Shown one piece after another: positions 1-9,058 of a stretch of 21,378 nucleotides of DNA (positions are counted from its first letter, which is position 1; the number at the start of each line of letters is the position of its first letter). The translations under genes were made by a program, and so were the position numbers. The notes beneath the pieces were generated by a model that worked only from the letters and a program-made list of their open reading frames with translations, had not been told where the DNA came from and did not search any database. The stretch spans positions 1 through 21,378 of the forward strand of contig JAAFKJ010000180.1 in the NCBI GenBank assembly GCA_021399395.1, in the 5' to 3' direction. This DNA comes from Candidatus Heimdallarchaeota archaeon (GTDB lineage: Archaea; Asgardarchaeota; Heimdallarchaeia; Heimdallarchaeales; Heimdallarchaeaceae).

Positions 1-402
1 CCAGCAGGTATAGAAGGTATACTAGTAAGTGACCCATCTCATCAAGAAATGGCCTTGAACTTGAGACACCCTGTCTTTGGTACCGGTGAATTGACACCCG
101 TAGGAACTCTCGAAGCTGCTAAAAACGTAAGAAAAGCTATTAGTCATGCTGTTCCACGTGATATCATCGTTTCACAAATCCTTGAAGGACTTGGTGCAGA
201 AGGTGTTACTGCATGTCCAAACGTAGCACTTGCCTATGATGAATCACTTGACCCATATGCATATGATCTTGATATAGCTATTGACTTTATGGAAGAAGCT
301 GGATTCGAAGTTCGTGCAGCAGGTTCTGGAATAGCCGGATTAGTATTCTTATCAATACTAGGTCTAGCTTCATTGATAGCATTCAGAAGATTTAGAAAAT
401 AA
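1..402 (+). CDS. C-terminal part of ABC-type peptide/nickel substrate-binding protein with C-terminal membrane anchor (5' truncated by window)
   Basis: Frame is open from base 1. Motifs VRKAISHAVPRDIIV and PYAYDLDIAIDFMEEAGF are typical of family-5 SBPs. Ends in a hydrophobic helix plus RRFRK. Confidence 0.8.
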   Translation, partial: PAGIEGILVSDPSHQEMALNLRHPVFGTGELTPVGTLEAAKNVRKAISHAVPRDIIVSQILEGLGAEGVTACPNVALAYDESLDPYAYDLDIAIDFMEEAGFEVRAAGSGIAGLVFLSILGLASLIAFRRFRK

Positions 403-432
403 AGAGTTTAACTCTTTACCCTTTTTTTCTTT
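401..432 (+). terminator. Hairpin plus oligo-T terminator
   Basis: AAAGAGTT-T-AACTCTTT palindrome (401-417) followed by T tracts, between convergent genes. Confidence 0.55.
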
Positions 433-469
433 TTATCAGATTAGATTAAAGGCGAGATTCTAGTATTTT

Positions 470-3400
470 TTATTCAAAAAGTCTGAGAACAGTTTTACAA
501 TATGGACACCGTTCATTATCTTTAATCCAAGCTACTAGATGATCAAAATGAAATAGATGTTCACACACTGGACATTCAATAGCGTTTTCATAAACGGGTT
601 GAAAGCAAACCATGCATTTTAATGCATCATCTTTTGAATCTACCATTTTCTTCCCCTTAATGATTACTTGTTTCATGAATTTCGCAGTTTTGGAAACACT
701 CTCTGCAACTATTGAAGTCTCCTTAGAAACAGGAGTTTGTTTTATCTCTTTTTCGGATATTACTTCTGCATTATTTTGTAAATAGTTTAAATATTTTCCA
801 AGTTCTTCCCTATCGATATGAGGGTCACCTATAACAACCAATTTCTTCTTTGCTCTTGTTATAGCAACATTTAATCTTCTTGCATCAGAGAATCCTCTTT
901 TGCCTTTTGAAAGGGTTTCAGTTAAGGAAAGTAGAATTAATTCTCTGTCACTCCCTTGAAAACGATCGACAGTATCGACAACAGTTTTTGGAGGTAAAGA
1001 ACGTCTTAGTTCTCCAACTTGCCCTCTATAAGGGCAGATGACACCAATTTGGTTAGGTTCTAAACCCAGTTCAAAGAATTTTTTAATGATTTCACTTGCT
1101 GTTTGGACTTCCTCTGAATTGACTTTATTTTCCGGATTGAAAATTCCATTAACAGGTACATAAACCAAAGGAGTCTTTGGATCGTAAATTGATGAATTTT
1201 TAAAGTCACTATAATCTCCTGAAAAACTTTTTAGTTCCATCAAATTCTGAAAACGAACTAAATCATCAAAGGATTCAAGTTTATTATTATAAAAAGTTTG
1301 ATTTGAAAACTCCATAAGTTTCTCATTCATCCTAAATTGGTGAGTGAGAAGATGTACTGATTCTGATGTGTTTTCAGCAAGTCTTTGAAATAAAGACACA
1401 CTCATTCCTTCTTTTTGGCCTTTAGGACTTTGAACAACAGGTGGAAGTTGTTTATGATCGCCAACTAGAATGAATCTATTTCCTTCCAGTAAAGCAGATA
1501 AAACAGTTGGTTCAGTCATTTGACTTGCTTCATCAATTATTATTGTTCGTATCCCTAAACGTTCGTAAACTGGATTTGAAATTGTGGATGTAGTAGCAAC
1601 GATTATTGAGAAATCGTTAATTATATCTTTTGCTGATCTCTCTGGATTTTGTTTCTTATAAGCTACTAAAGTATAATCTCTTATTTCAGGTTGAATTGCA
1701 TGAGTAGAGCCTAGTCTTATAAATTTGGTAAACTGATTCTCTAACAGATACTTACAGATATTATCCACTGCTCTATTTGTAAAAGCAGTTAGAAGTATTT
1801 TATCACCTTGCTTGGACAATTCAATTGCTGATTTAGCAATCACATATGTTTTTCCAGTTCCAGCTGGACCTTGAACTAAACTATAATTTTGAGTTCCCAA
1901 TATCTTACTCACTGCTTCATTTTGTACGGGATTTGTGGGGATGTATTTCCCTTGTATAGGATTAATAACCGATTTTTCGCCTTTTACGATTAACTCTCTA
2001 AAATTATTTCTTTTGAAAATGATGTTGAACAGACCCCTTTGCTGTCGCCTATACCCTACATCAATTGAATACACGTCTATTACCGAAACTGATCCGCTCA
2101 TAGTTCGGGTTTCAATCTCAACAGAAGTTTCTGAGATACTTGAAATCACTCCCGTACTAACGAGGCCTTGGACTAGTTTACCATCACTTAAAACAACAAT
2201 ATCTCCCTCTCTCAGTTCACTATTATTTTTGCACGAGAAGAGTAATTTGGTAGATACACCAGCTTTTATTTCATTCTCAAGTTTAAGATTTTTTATTGCC
2301 TTTCCTTTTGCTATTCTTTGTTCTATAGACAATTTCCATAAATCCGATAAAGTCCTAGAAGACTCAGCTTTCTCATATTTAATCCATTTTGAGTACTTTT
2401 TGAAGTAGTCTTGATGTCCAGCAGGTAGTGCATTTTTAGTACAAAGTTGATCATGCGGACAAGTTTGACATCTTCTTTCTTGATTTAATCCTGCACATAG
2501 TAATGCACAAAAATGCTTAACAAAACAACTTTTACATCTATTCAATTGGGATTCAGGTAAAATTGGTGGAACAAAACCTAGATGTGATATGCGATAAGCA
2601 ATGTTCCTTTGTTCCATTCCATAACGTAAAAGTCCCCAATTTGGACTAGCTTCTTTGAAAACAGCTTGATTAGTTCCAACATAAATAACAGTCCCATCAT
2701 GCTGTTTTGAATCATCTATATGGTCTTGAATACCATAATTGTATAAAGCGACTTGCAGTAAATCAGAAAAACGAATGTCACGCTCTTCAGACACTTTACC
2801 CGTTTTCAACTCATAAATACGGTCCTCATTGAAAAGATCGATTCTACCTCTAATACCAAAAAAGGGAGACAAAAATAGCATTTCGGGTAGAGCGTCAGGA
2901 CCAAGTGTTGAGACAAATGAATCTAGACTTTCTGTCATTTTTCTAACATCTTGATGAACTGACTCTTTCTTATAACCATGATACTCATATTGTAAAGAGA
3001 ATGAATCTAATATTTCAGGTAGCACATCTGAAGGCTTAGATTTACTTGCAACTGCCAATCCCAAACTGTCATGAACTATAGAACCCCTTATCGCAATATA
3101 AGGGGAAGGAGTATCACCGATAATTTCATTGATATAATAACTACGAGGACAAAAAGAAACACTGTTTATAGAAGTAGCATAAAGCAAGACATCAGGATCA
3201 ATAACCACAATTGATTTCTTGCTAGCAGAAAAATAAGTAGAACCATTCTCAGTAATTTGATCAATATTAAAGATTTTAATCGGAGTATAAGGAGCAAGAT
3301 AATCAGCAATCTCATGCCAAGGTGACCAGAGATTAACAATAAAATGCTTCTTTTTTACATCAACAAGAATAGAGGAAAGAGGATTGTCTCCACCTTTGGA

Positions 3401-3508
3401 AGAAAGAGCTTTGAGAAAAACACAGTCTAGATTTTGCATAGTCAACAAATTATCTGGAAAATGATATAAAGAGTTTTCCGACCAGTTCCAAGATGAAAAT
3501 GGAGACAA
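470..3508 (-). CDS. DNA2/Cas4-like PD-(D/E)XK nuclease + SF1 (Upf1/Dna2) helicase with C-terminal RING-like finger
   Basis: CPR...GRID...ELKTG...QVALY...CKSCFVKHFC (iron-staple nuclease). Helicase motifs GPAGTGKT, DEASQ, GDHKQLPP, FQGSDR, RLNVAITRAK. C-terminal CxxC...CPxCxHxFHxxH...W...CPxC. TTG start. Confidence 0.9.
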   Translation of the reverse strand: MSPFSSWNWSENSLYHFPDNLLTMQNLDCVFLKALSSKGGDNPLSSILVDVKKKHFIVNLWSPWHEIADYLAPYTPIKIFNIDQITENGSTYFSASKKSIVVIDPDVLLYATSINSVSFCPRSYYINEIIGDTPSPYIAIRGSIVHDSLGLAVASKSKPSDVLPEILDSFSLQYEYHGYKKESVHQDVRKMTESLDSFVSTLGPDALPEMLFLSPFFGIRGRIDLFNEDRIYELKTGKVSEERDIRFSDLLQVALYNYGIQDHIDDSKQHDGTVIYVGTNQAVFKEASPNWGLLRYGMEQRNIAYRISHLGFVPPILPESQLNRCKSCFVKHFCALLCAGLNQERRCQTCPHDQLCTKNALPAGHQDYFKKYSKWIKYEKAESSRTLSDLWKLSIEQRIAKGKAIKNLKLENEIKAGVSTKLLFSCKNNSELREGDIVVLSDGKLVQGLVSTGVISSISETSVEIETRTMSGSVSVIDVYSIDVGYRRQQRGLFNIIFKRNNFRELIVKGEKSVINPIQGKYIPTNPVQNEAVSKILGTQNYSLVQGPAGTGKTYVIAKSAIELSKQGDKILLTAFTNRAVDNICKYLLENQFTKFIRLGSTHAIQPEIRDYTLVAYKKQNPERSAKDIINDFSIIVATTSTISNPVYERLGIRTIIIDEASQMTEPTVLSALLEGNRFILVGDHKQLPPVVQSPKGQKEGMSVSLFQRLAENTSESVHLLTHQFRMNEKLMEFSNQTFYNNKLESFDDLVRFQNLMELKSFSGDYSDFKNSSIYDPKTPLVYVPVNGIFNPENKVNSEEVQTASEIIKKFFELGLEPNQIGVICPYRGQVGELRRSLPPKTVVDTVDRFQGSDRELILLSLTETLSKGKRGFSDARRLNVAITRAKKKLVVIGDPHIDREELGKYLNYLQNNAEVISEKEIKQTPVSKETSIVAESVSKTAKFMKQVIIKGKKMVDSKDDALKCMVCFQPVYENAIECPVCEHLFHFDHLVAWIKDNERCPYCKTVLRLFE

Positions 3509-3527
3509 TTAGATGAAAATTCAGGAG

Positions 3528-3535
3528 CTTAAATA
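3528..3535. promoter_or_regulatory. TATA box possibly shared by the divergent DNA2-like gene and tnpB
   Basis: CTTAAATA (+) / TATTTAAG (-) lies about 20 nt from both start codons (3508 and 3557), consistent with leaderless transcripts. Confidence 0.5.
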
Positions 3536-3556
3536 GCAAAAACCTACTAGAGTAGT

Positions 3557-4759
3557 ATGGTTATTGTCCTGCGGACTGAACGGATAAAACTGAACCCTTC
3601 CTTCACGCTTATGCAGTTAGCAAGACAAAGTAAGAACCTATACAACTATGGGAATTACATTATCAACAAACAATTGCAAACGAGCAACTATATGACCTCA
3701 GAGTATGAGTTAGTCAATATACTCAGATATCACCCGTGTTATACTTGTATGCCAGCGCATAGTGCGCAACAGACCATTAAATTTCTGGTAAAAGCATGGA
3801 AATCATTCTTTCAATCTAAAAAAGAGTTTAGAAAAAATCCAGAAAAATACATGTTCAAAGAACCACAGCCACCCCAGTATAAGAAGAAGAAGGGGTTTTA
3901 CACCATTTACTTCACCAAGAATCAAGTAAGAATAAAAGAAGAAGGATGGATGTATTTCCCAAAACGAGTGGGGTTGAAAATCAAGACAAAACGGGTGGAA
4001 GACAAGAACATCAATCATATCAGGATTCTGTTCAAAGGGACAAGTTTTATCGTAGAACTCATCTATAAGGAAGAACTAGAAGAATTTCAAGAACGAGAAA
4101 CTAACCACATTCTCGCTATTGATATAGGGGTTAACAATTTAGTAGCTGGAGTGAGTATTAGTATGCGCCCTTTCCTTATTCCTGGACGGAAACTCAAAGC
4201 CATCAACCAGTGGTACAATAAAGAGAAGGCGCGCATACAATCGGTCTATGATCTCCATGGATTAAAAGAGTACGGGGAAAAGATGAAGGAACTACAAGTC
4301 AAACGTTATTGGCAAGTGGAAGATTATTTGCATAAAACTTCAAGAATTGTGATTAATCTATGTCTCAAACACAATATTGACACGATTGTGATTGGGTACA
4401 ACCCTAGGTGGAAACAGAAGACTAAGATGGGGAAGCGTACCAACCAGACCTTCGCCTATATTCCTTTTTACAAACTCATCCAGAAACTTCGTTATAAAGG
4501 AGAAGCTGAGGGTATCCAGATTCTGCTGACTGAAGAATCTTATACTTCTAAGTGTTCTTTCATCGATAATGAGCATCTGGGAAAACATAAAAAATACGTT
4601 GGTAGGAGAGTTAAACGTGGTCTCTTCAAAAGCAAGGAAGGAGTTCTGTTGAATGCTGATCTTAACGCAGCAGGAAATATAGGACGTAAAGTATTCTCGG
4701 TGGTGTTCACCTACGGGACAGTGGATGCCGTGAGTCATCCTACCTGTTTGACTGTCTAG
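3557..4759 (+). CDS. tnpB: RNA-guided endonuclease TnpB (IS200/IS605/IS607 accessory), solo, rearranged RuvC
   Basis: SKNLYN N-terminal motif; AIDIG (D189); IVIGY (G280); EESYTSKCS (E326/E327); RVKRGLF; NADLNAAGNI (D368). No tnpA adjacent. Confidence 0.92.
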   Translation: MVIVLRTERIKLNPSFTLMQLARQSKNLYNYGNYIINKQLQTSNYMTSEYELVNILRYHPCYTCMPAHSAQQTIKFLVKAWKSFFQSKKEFRKNPEKYMFKEPQPPQYKKKKGFYTIYFTKNQVRIKEEGWMYFPKRVGLKIKTKRVEDKNINHIRILFKGTSFIVELIYKEELEEFQERETNHILAIDIGVNNLVAGVSISMRPFLIPGRKLKAINQWYNKEKARIQSVYDLHGLKEYGEKMKELQVKRYWQVEDYLHKTSRIVINLCLKHNIDTIVIGYNPRWKQKTKMGKRTNQTFAYIPFYKLIQKLRYKGEAEGIQILLTEESYTSKCSFIDNEHLGKHKKYVGRRVKRGLFKSKEGVLLNADLNAAGNIGRKVFSVVFTYGTVDAVSHPTCLTV

Positions 4760-4875
4760 GGTAACCGAAGCAGAGATGATAACAGGAGGAAGATTGACGT
4801 TCAGAAACGGACGGAAATTTAACTCATATATAAACATGTGGGTAAAAATATCCGAATAAATTTTTTTGTTCAAAC
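4721..4875 (+). ncRNA. Putative TnpB omega/reRNA scaffold overlapping the tnpB 3' end
   Basis: Hairpins GGATG/CATCC (4723-4740); CCTGTT/AACAGG (4743-4786) enclosing GG-GTAA-CC; CGGA/TCCG (4812-4854) enclosing ACTCATAT/ATGTGGGT. TTCAA at 4869-4873 resembles an IS605-type right end. Boundaries are approximate. Confidence 0.6.
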
Positions 4876-4926
4876 CAAATTTTAAAATCAAAGATTGAGA
4901 TAATTGAACATAATTAAGTGATTTAA

Positions 4927-5400
4927 ATGGCAGATGATGTTTTTATTTTTGACAGTAGCGGAATACCATACTATAGTAGGTGTTTCGGGGGAGAAACATG
5001 CAAGATGAGACCAGATCATACTTTACAGACAGGATTTTTAGCTGCACTATATGCATTTTCAAAAGAATCATATGGACAACAGGAGATTCAGACAGTAGTT
5101 TTTACAGACTTGAAACTACATTTCAAAGTAGATAATGAAAAAAATGTAATAGTAGTATTTACAACCCCCATGGAAGAGAAGGATGAAGAAGTAAAAAATC
5201 AATTAGAGATGACTTATGGAGCATTCTTAGAGAAGTACGAAGATAAGATAGGAAGAGGTTATGCTGAACCTGCGGTTTTTGATAGTTTTGATGAAGTGTT
5301 ATATAATTTAAATGTGGTCAAGTCTAAACCGATGGGAATGATAAACCTTGGGGAGAAAGTACGAGGATGGAAAAAGTTGTTTAGAAGATATAGACATTAA
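4927..5400 (+). CDS. Longin-like domain protein (Asgard eukaryotic-signature type)
   Basis: VFIFDSSGIPYYSRCF...LQTGFLAALYAFSKE pattern with beta-beta-alpha-beta-beta-beta-alpha layout. Confidence 0.65.
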   Translation: MADDVFIFDSSGIPYYSRCFGGETCKMRPDHTLQTGFLAALYAFSKESYGQQEIQTVVFTDLKLHFKVDNEKNVIVVFTTPMEEKDEEVKNQLEMTYGAFLEKYEDKIGRGYAEPAVFDSFDEVLYNLNVVKSKPMGMINLGEKVRGWKKLFRRYRH

Positions 5401-5445
5401 GAAAAACTATAGATAAATAATAAGGACAAAAAAAGAAAAAGTAAT

Positions 5446-6725
5446 TTAGAAGTTTCTTCTTCTTCGCAATAAGATTGCTATAGCTGGAAAAAGCAGTGTC
5501 ATTAGTGAGATATATGGGAAGAATATGGTAACTGTTCCAGGATCAGTTTCACTATTTGATGGCATTGTTGTTTCAAATGTTGAGTTAAGAGGATATAAAT
5601 CAACAGAACCAGCAGGACCATCTATACTATAAGTAGCTGTAGAAAAATCAGACCAATAATTACCAGTAAGTAGAATAGGTTCATACCAAAGGTTAGAAGC
5701 TTCAGAACAAAAAGCTTGAGAGCTACTACCTACATTATCAATGAAATTATTTGTATAGATTGTATTTGACATAGAAGAAGAATCGATTGTCACACCATAG
5801 TTACCATTTTGTTTAATGTCATTTAAGTGAATTATAGAGTTGTCTGACCATGAGAGAGAGAGATTCCAGCTCCCGTATTTTGATGAATTCTGTTTTTACG
5901 AATATCAGCATTGTCACAACCTTCAAAATTTAGACCTTCATTGTTGTAAACAAGTGTGTTATTTACTATATCCAAATTAGCAGCGAGAAGTGCAAAGATA
6001 CCATAGTTGTTGTATGCACAATAATTATCCATTATTAATGAATTATCACCTGAATCTGTTGCAATTCCCTCATAAGTGTTATGAAGTACTTGGTTGTTAG
6101 AAATTGTGACATAAGTGGAAAAAGCCACAAATATACCAAATTCATTATTAAAGCAAGTATTATCCAAGATTACACAAAAATCGCTTTCCTCAATGTAGAT
6201 ACCGTCACTAGCATTAGCAAAATAATTGCCTTTTATCTCAGAATAGTCACAATTGAACATATCCAAAGCAGTCCAAGCAGAAACAACAACGTTGTCTTTA
6301 ATGACCGATTCGTGACAACCATTCCAGATAGATATCCCACTGTTTTCTGAACTGGTTAGAAAATTATTGAGGATTGAGACAGTACCAGGAGTCACACTAT
6401 TGATGAAAATACATCTGTCTGTAGAATTTATTGAACAGTGTTGGATGATGAAATGCCTTGTTGTGTCTTTGATTTCAATACCAATGCCAGAAGTTTCTAT
6501 TAAGAGATTTTCAATTAGATAAGGATAAAATTCACTACCATTACCCGAAAAACCAAAGGAATCAAAAGTATCATCGTCATAAATAACGATAGGATCATGG
6601 GGGATAAGGGAGGTTGAAAGAATCTGAGGTTCCACAAAAGGAATATTAAAAAAAGTTTCAGAAGAAGAAGAGACAAAAATAGAAAACAATAAAACAAAAA
6701 TTAGGAGAGTATATTTTCTTTTCAT
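5446..6725 (-). pseudogene. NosD-like right-handed beta-helix surface protein split by a 2-nt frameshift in a (CT)6 tract
   Basis: ORFs 5832-6767 and 5446-5793 join into one ~425-aa protein (signal peptide MKRKYTLL..., beta-helix repeats, GNYWS...DLYPL, C-terminal TM + RRRR) if one CT unit at 5852-5863 is removed. Confidence 0.8.
5852..5863. repeat. (GA)6/(TC)6 dinucleotide microsatellite at the frameshift point
   Basis: GAGAGAGAGAGA read directly. Confidence 0.9.
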
Positions 6726-6817
6726 AAGACCACAAACCAAGAGTCTGTATACATTGCTCAAGAGCACTTATAAGAGTATTCAGAAAAAGAGTGAGGTGAG
6801 AGGGAAGGGATTTTAGT

Positions 6818-6890
6818 GGAGCTAACGCCTACTGCAGTGGTGCAATAAGAAAATCTCACGATATTAGAGATAATTAGTTAAGTTAGATCC
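6818..6890 (-). ncRNA. Unnamed structured small RNA/element, copy 1 (73 nt)
   Basis: Closing stem GGAUCUAAC/GUUAGCUCC (one mismatch), hairpin AUCUC/GAGAU, hairpin CUUAUUGCA-CCAC-UGCAGUAGG. TATA upstream and pyrimidine tract downstream. 64/73 identical to copy 2. Confidence 0.6.
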
Positions 6891-6911
6891 AATACTATAT
6901 TAGGTTTTGAC

Positions 6912-6919
6912 TTTTAAAA
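6912..6919 (-). promoter_or_regulatory. TATA box for small-RNA copy 1
   Basis: TTTTAAAA 21 nt before the closing stem, with the same spacing in all three copies. Confidence 0.55.
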
Positions 6920-7023
6920 CTACCAAGAAAAAAATTTAAAAAAAACTCTTTTTAGAGTTTTTTCCTTTCATAATCTACTTTTTGCTAAAGGTTTAATAAT
7001 TCTAATCCTAATATGATTAGAGG

Positions 7024-9021
7024 ATGAATTTGAGTAGAGAATCAAAAAAGTATCTAGTGATTTTGATATCTTTAATTATTGTAATCGGGGGACTAATGGA
7101 AGTAAATCTAAACACTATTGCACTTAATTCTGATAATGAACCACCTTCCTATTCTCATAGTGATCTGCTTGAGTTTGAAGGAATCACAATAAATAATGAA
7201 AATAACGCTCTCATTAAGATAAGTAATGATGAAAATTTCACTGATTATGGTTTTTCAGGAATTGGTACTGCGGAGGAACCATACAGAATTGAAAATCTCT
7301 CAATTGAAACAAATAATGATATAGGAATATTCATTGAAAATACAACAAAATTCTTTGTTATTGAGAACTGTACAATTGAAGCCATATATTGTGCAATTTA
7401 TATATTTAACATTGCAGAAGGAACAGCTCTCATAGAAAACAATACGCTTTCAGGTATCTTTTATCATGATATCTTTCTGGAATCCTCGTCAAGCTTAGAA
7501 GTTATAAACAATATATGTTATGGATCAGATTATTATAGTCCCGCACCTTTTGAAGTATTAAATAGTGGCATTAAATTAGAGAGATCTCACAATACAAAAG
7601 TATTGAACAATAACTGCAGTAGCAATATGTATGGGATTCATGTTTTTTCATCATTGAATGTAACGATAGAAAACTGTGCTTGTGTGGAAAATATCAAATG
7701 TGGTATAAGAAGTGACTATTCTGATGATTTAATTATATCTGATACTCACTGCTATTCAAACAACATTGGTATTTCTATTAAATCAAGTTCTTTTAACTTA
7801 ATCACTTTCAATTTCTGTTTTCACAATACTATAGGTATTGAAGTATACTATTCGCAAAATCTGAATATAGAGAATAATACATGTGAAAACAACGAGGTTT
7901 ATGGAATAGAAATAAGCCATTCTACAAGAACAAATTTGAGAAATAATGAGCTTTACAATGATAGTATTATATTAAATGAAGATTGGATAACTGAATATTT
8001 TACGTACGAACTTGAGAACAACTATGTTAACGATAAAATAGTAGGTTTCTTTATTTATGAAGAAGATTTGGATATCTCTACATCTATTTATGGACAAATA
8101 ATAATGATTGGTTGTAATAATATCACTATCCGTAACCAGAATGTAAGGAATATTAATGCATTCTTATTTTTCGAACACTGCTACGAAGTAACGATTACTG
8201 ATAATGAATTTGGATATAGTAGTGTTAGTGTGGTACATATAGACAATGGTTGCGAGATTTTAATAACTAACAATACTTTCATTAGTAATCTTTTTGGAAG
8301 TGAAGTGAAGAATTCATACTTTGTAACAATTGAAAATAATCTATTTGAGAACAATGTGTACAGTGGGATTTTCCTGAGAGGGTCTGAACATGTAAATATA
8401 CAGAATAATCAGATAAGCAATACTAGGGATTATGGAATTCTTATAGATGATGCTCAAAATATAGTAGTTAAGGACAATATGTGTAGAGAGAATGGTGCTG
8501 GGATAGTTTGTTGGGGTTCGGTTGATTTACATATAACTAACAATATATTAGATACAAATGTAATAGGAGTATCTACTCTTGATTGTTGTGGAGTTTTTAT
8601 TTCCGAAAATACCTGTATAAACAATAGAAGGGGGATAGTTTTATCGATTTCATGCTATTATTTTACTATAAGTTACAATCTCTTACAAAATAATTCTGAG
8701 TATGGAATAGAGATTAGTAGAAGTTCTCAATACAATACTATACATCATAATAGCTTTTTAGACAATAATATGGGAAGACAATCACAAGCTCTAGATGATG
8801 GAGAATATAATATTTGGTATGAAGTAGAAACAAAAGAAGGAAATTACTGGTCATCTTGGAACAGCAAAGAACCATATTTAATTGAGGGTGAAGCAGGTTC
8901 AGAAGATCTTTATCCATTGAATGAAGAACTGGACAAGATAAGCTATAGTTATTGGCTAGGATTACCGATTCTCATAATTTTGACAATAGGCATGAAGAGA
9001 TTGAAAAAGAAGAGAAAATGA
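7024..9021 (+). CDS. NosD-like parallel beta-helix surface protein
   Basis: N-terminal hydrophobic helix, many GIxIxxSxNxxIxNN repeats, G.GT.EEPY.IENL motif, GNYWS...GSEDLYPL, C-terminal TM + KRLKKKRK. Confidence 0.88.
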   Translation: MNLSRESKKYLVILISLIIVIGGLMEVNLNTIALNSDNEPPSYSHSDLLEFEGITINNENNALIKISNDENFTDYGFSGIGTAEEPYRIENLSIETNNDIGIFIENTTKFFVIENCTIEAIYCAIYIFNIAEGTALIENNTLSGIFYHDIFLESSSSLEVINNICYGSDYYSPAPFEVLNSGIKLERSHNTKVLNNNCSSNMYGIHVFSSLNVTIENCACVENIKCGIRSDYSDDLIISDTHCYSNNIGISIKSSSFNLITFNFCFHNTIGIEVYYSQNLNIENNTCENNEVYGIEISHSTRTNLRNNELYNDSIILNEDWITEYFTYELENNYVNDKIVGFFIYEEDLDISTSIYGQIIMIGCNNITIRNQNVRNINAFLFFEHCYEVTITDNEFGYSSVSVVHIDNGCEILITNNTFISNLFGSEVKNSYFVTIENNLFENNVYSGIFLRGSEHVNIQNNQISNTRDYGILIDDAQNIVVKDNMCRENGAGIVCWGSVDLHITNNILDTNVIGVSTLDCCGVFISENTCINNRRGIVLSISCYYFTISYNLLQNNSEYGIEISRSSQYNTIHHNSFLDNNMGRQSQALDDGEYNIWYEVETKEGNYWSSWNSKEPYLIEGEAGSEDLYPLNEELDKISYSYWLGLPILIILTIGMKRLKKKRK

Positions 9022-9058
9022 TAGGATAAAAAAGAGGGGGTGAGGGAAAGGAAATAGT

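Noticed and set aside
470-4759. Cas4-like nuclease + TnpB as a type V CRISPR-Cas locus
   Set aside because: No array and no cas1/cas2. The Cas4-like domain is the normal DNA2 nuclease.
3540-4876. AAACC on both sides of tnpB as a target-site duplication
   Set aside because: A 5-bp A-rich match is expected by chance, and IS200/605/607 elements generally make no TSD.
6940-6963. Palindrome AAAAAACTCT-TTTT-AGAGTTTTTT
   Set aside because: Could be an operator between divergent promoters, but it is low-complexity and single-copy, so no function can be supported.
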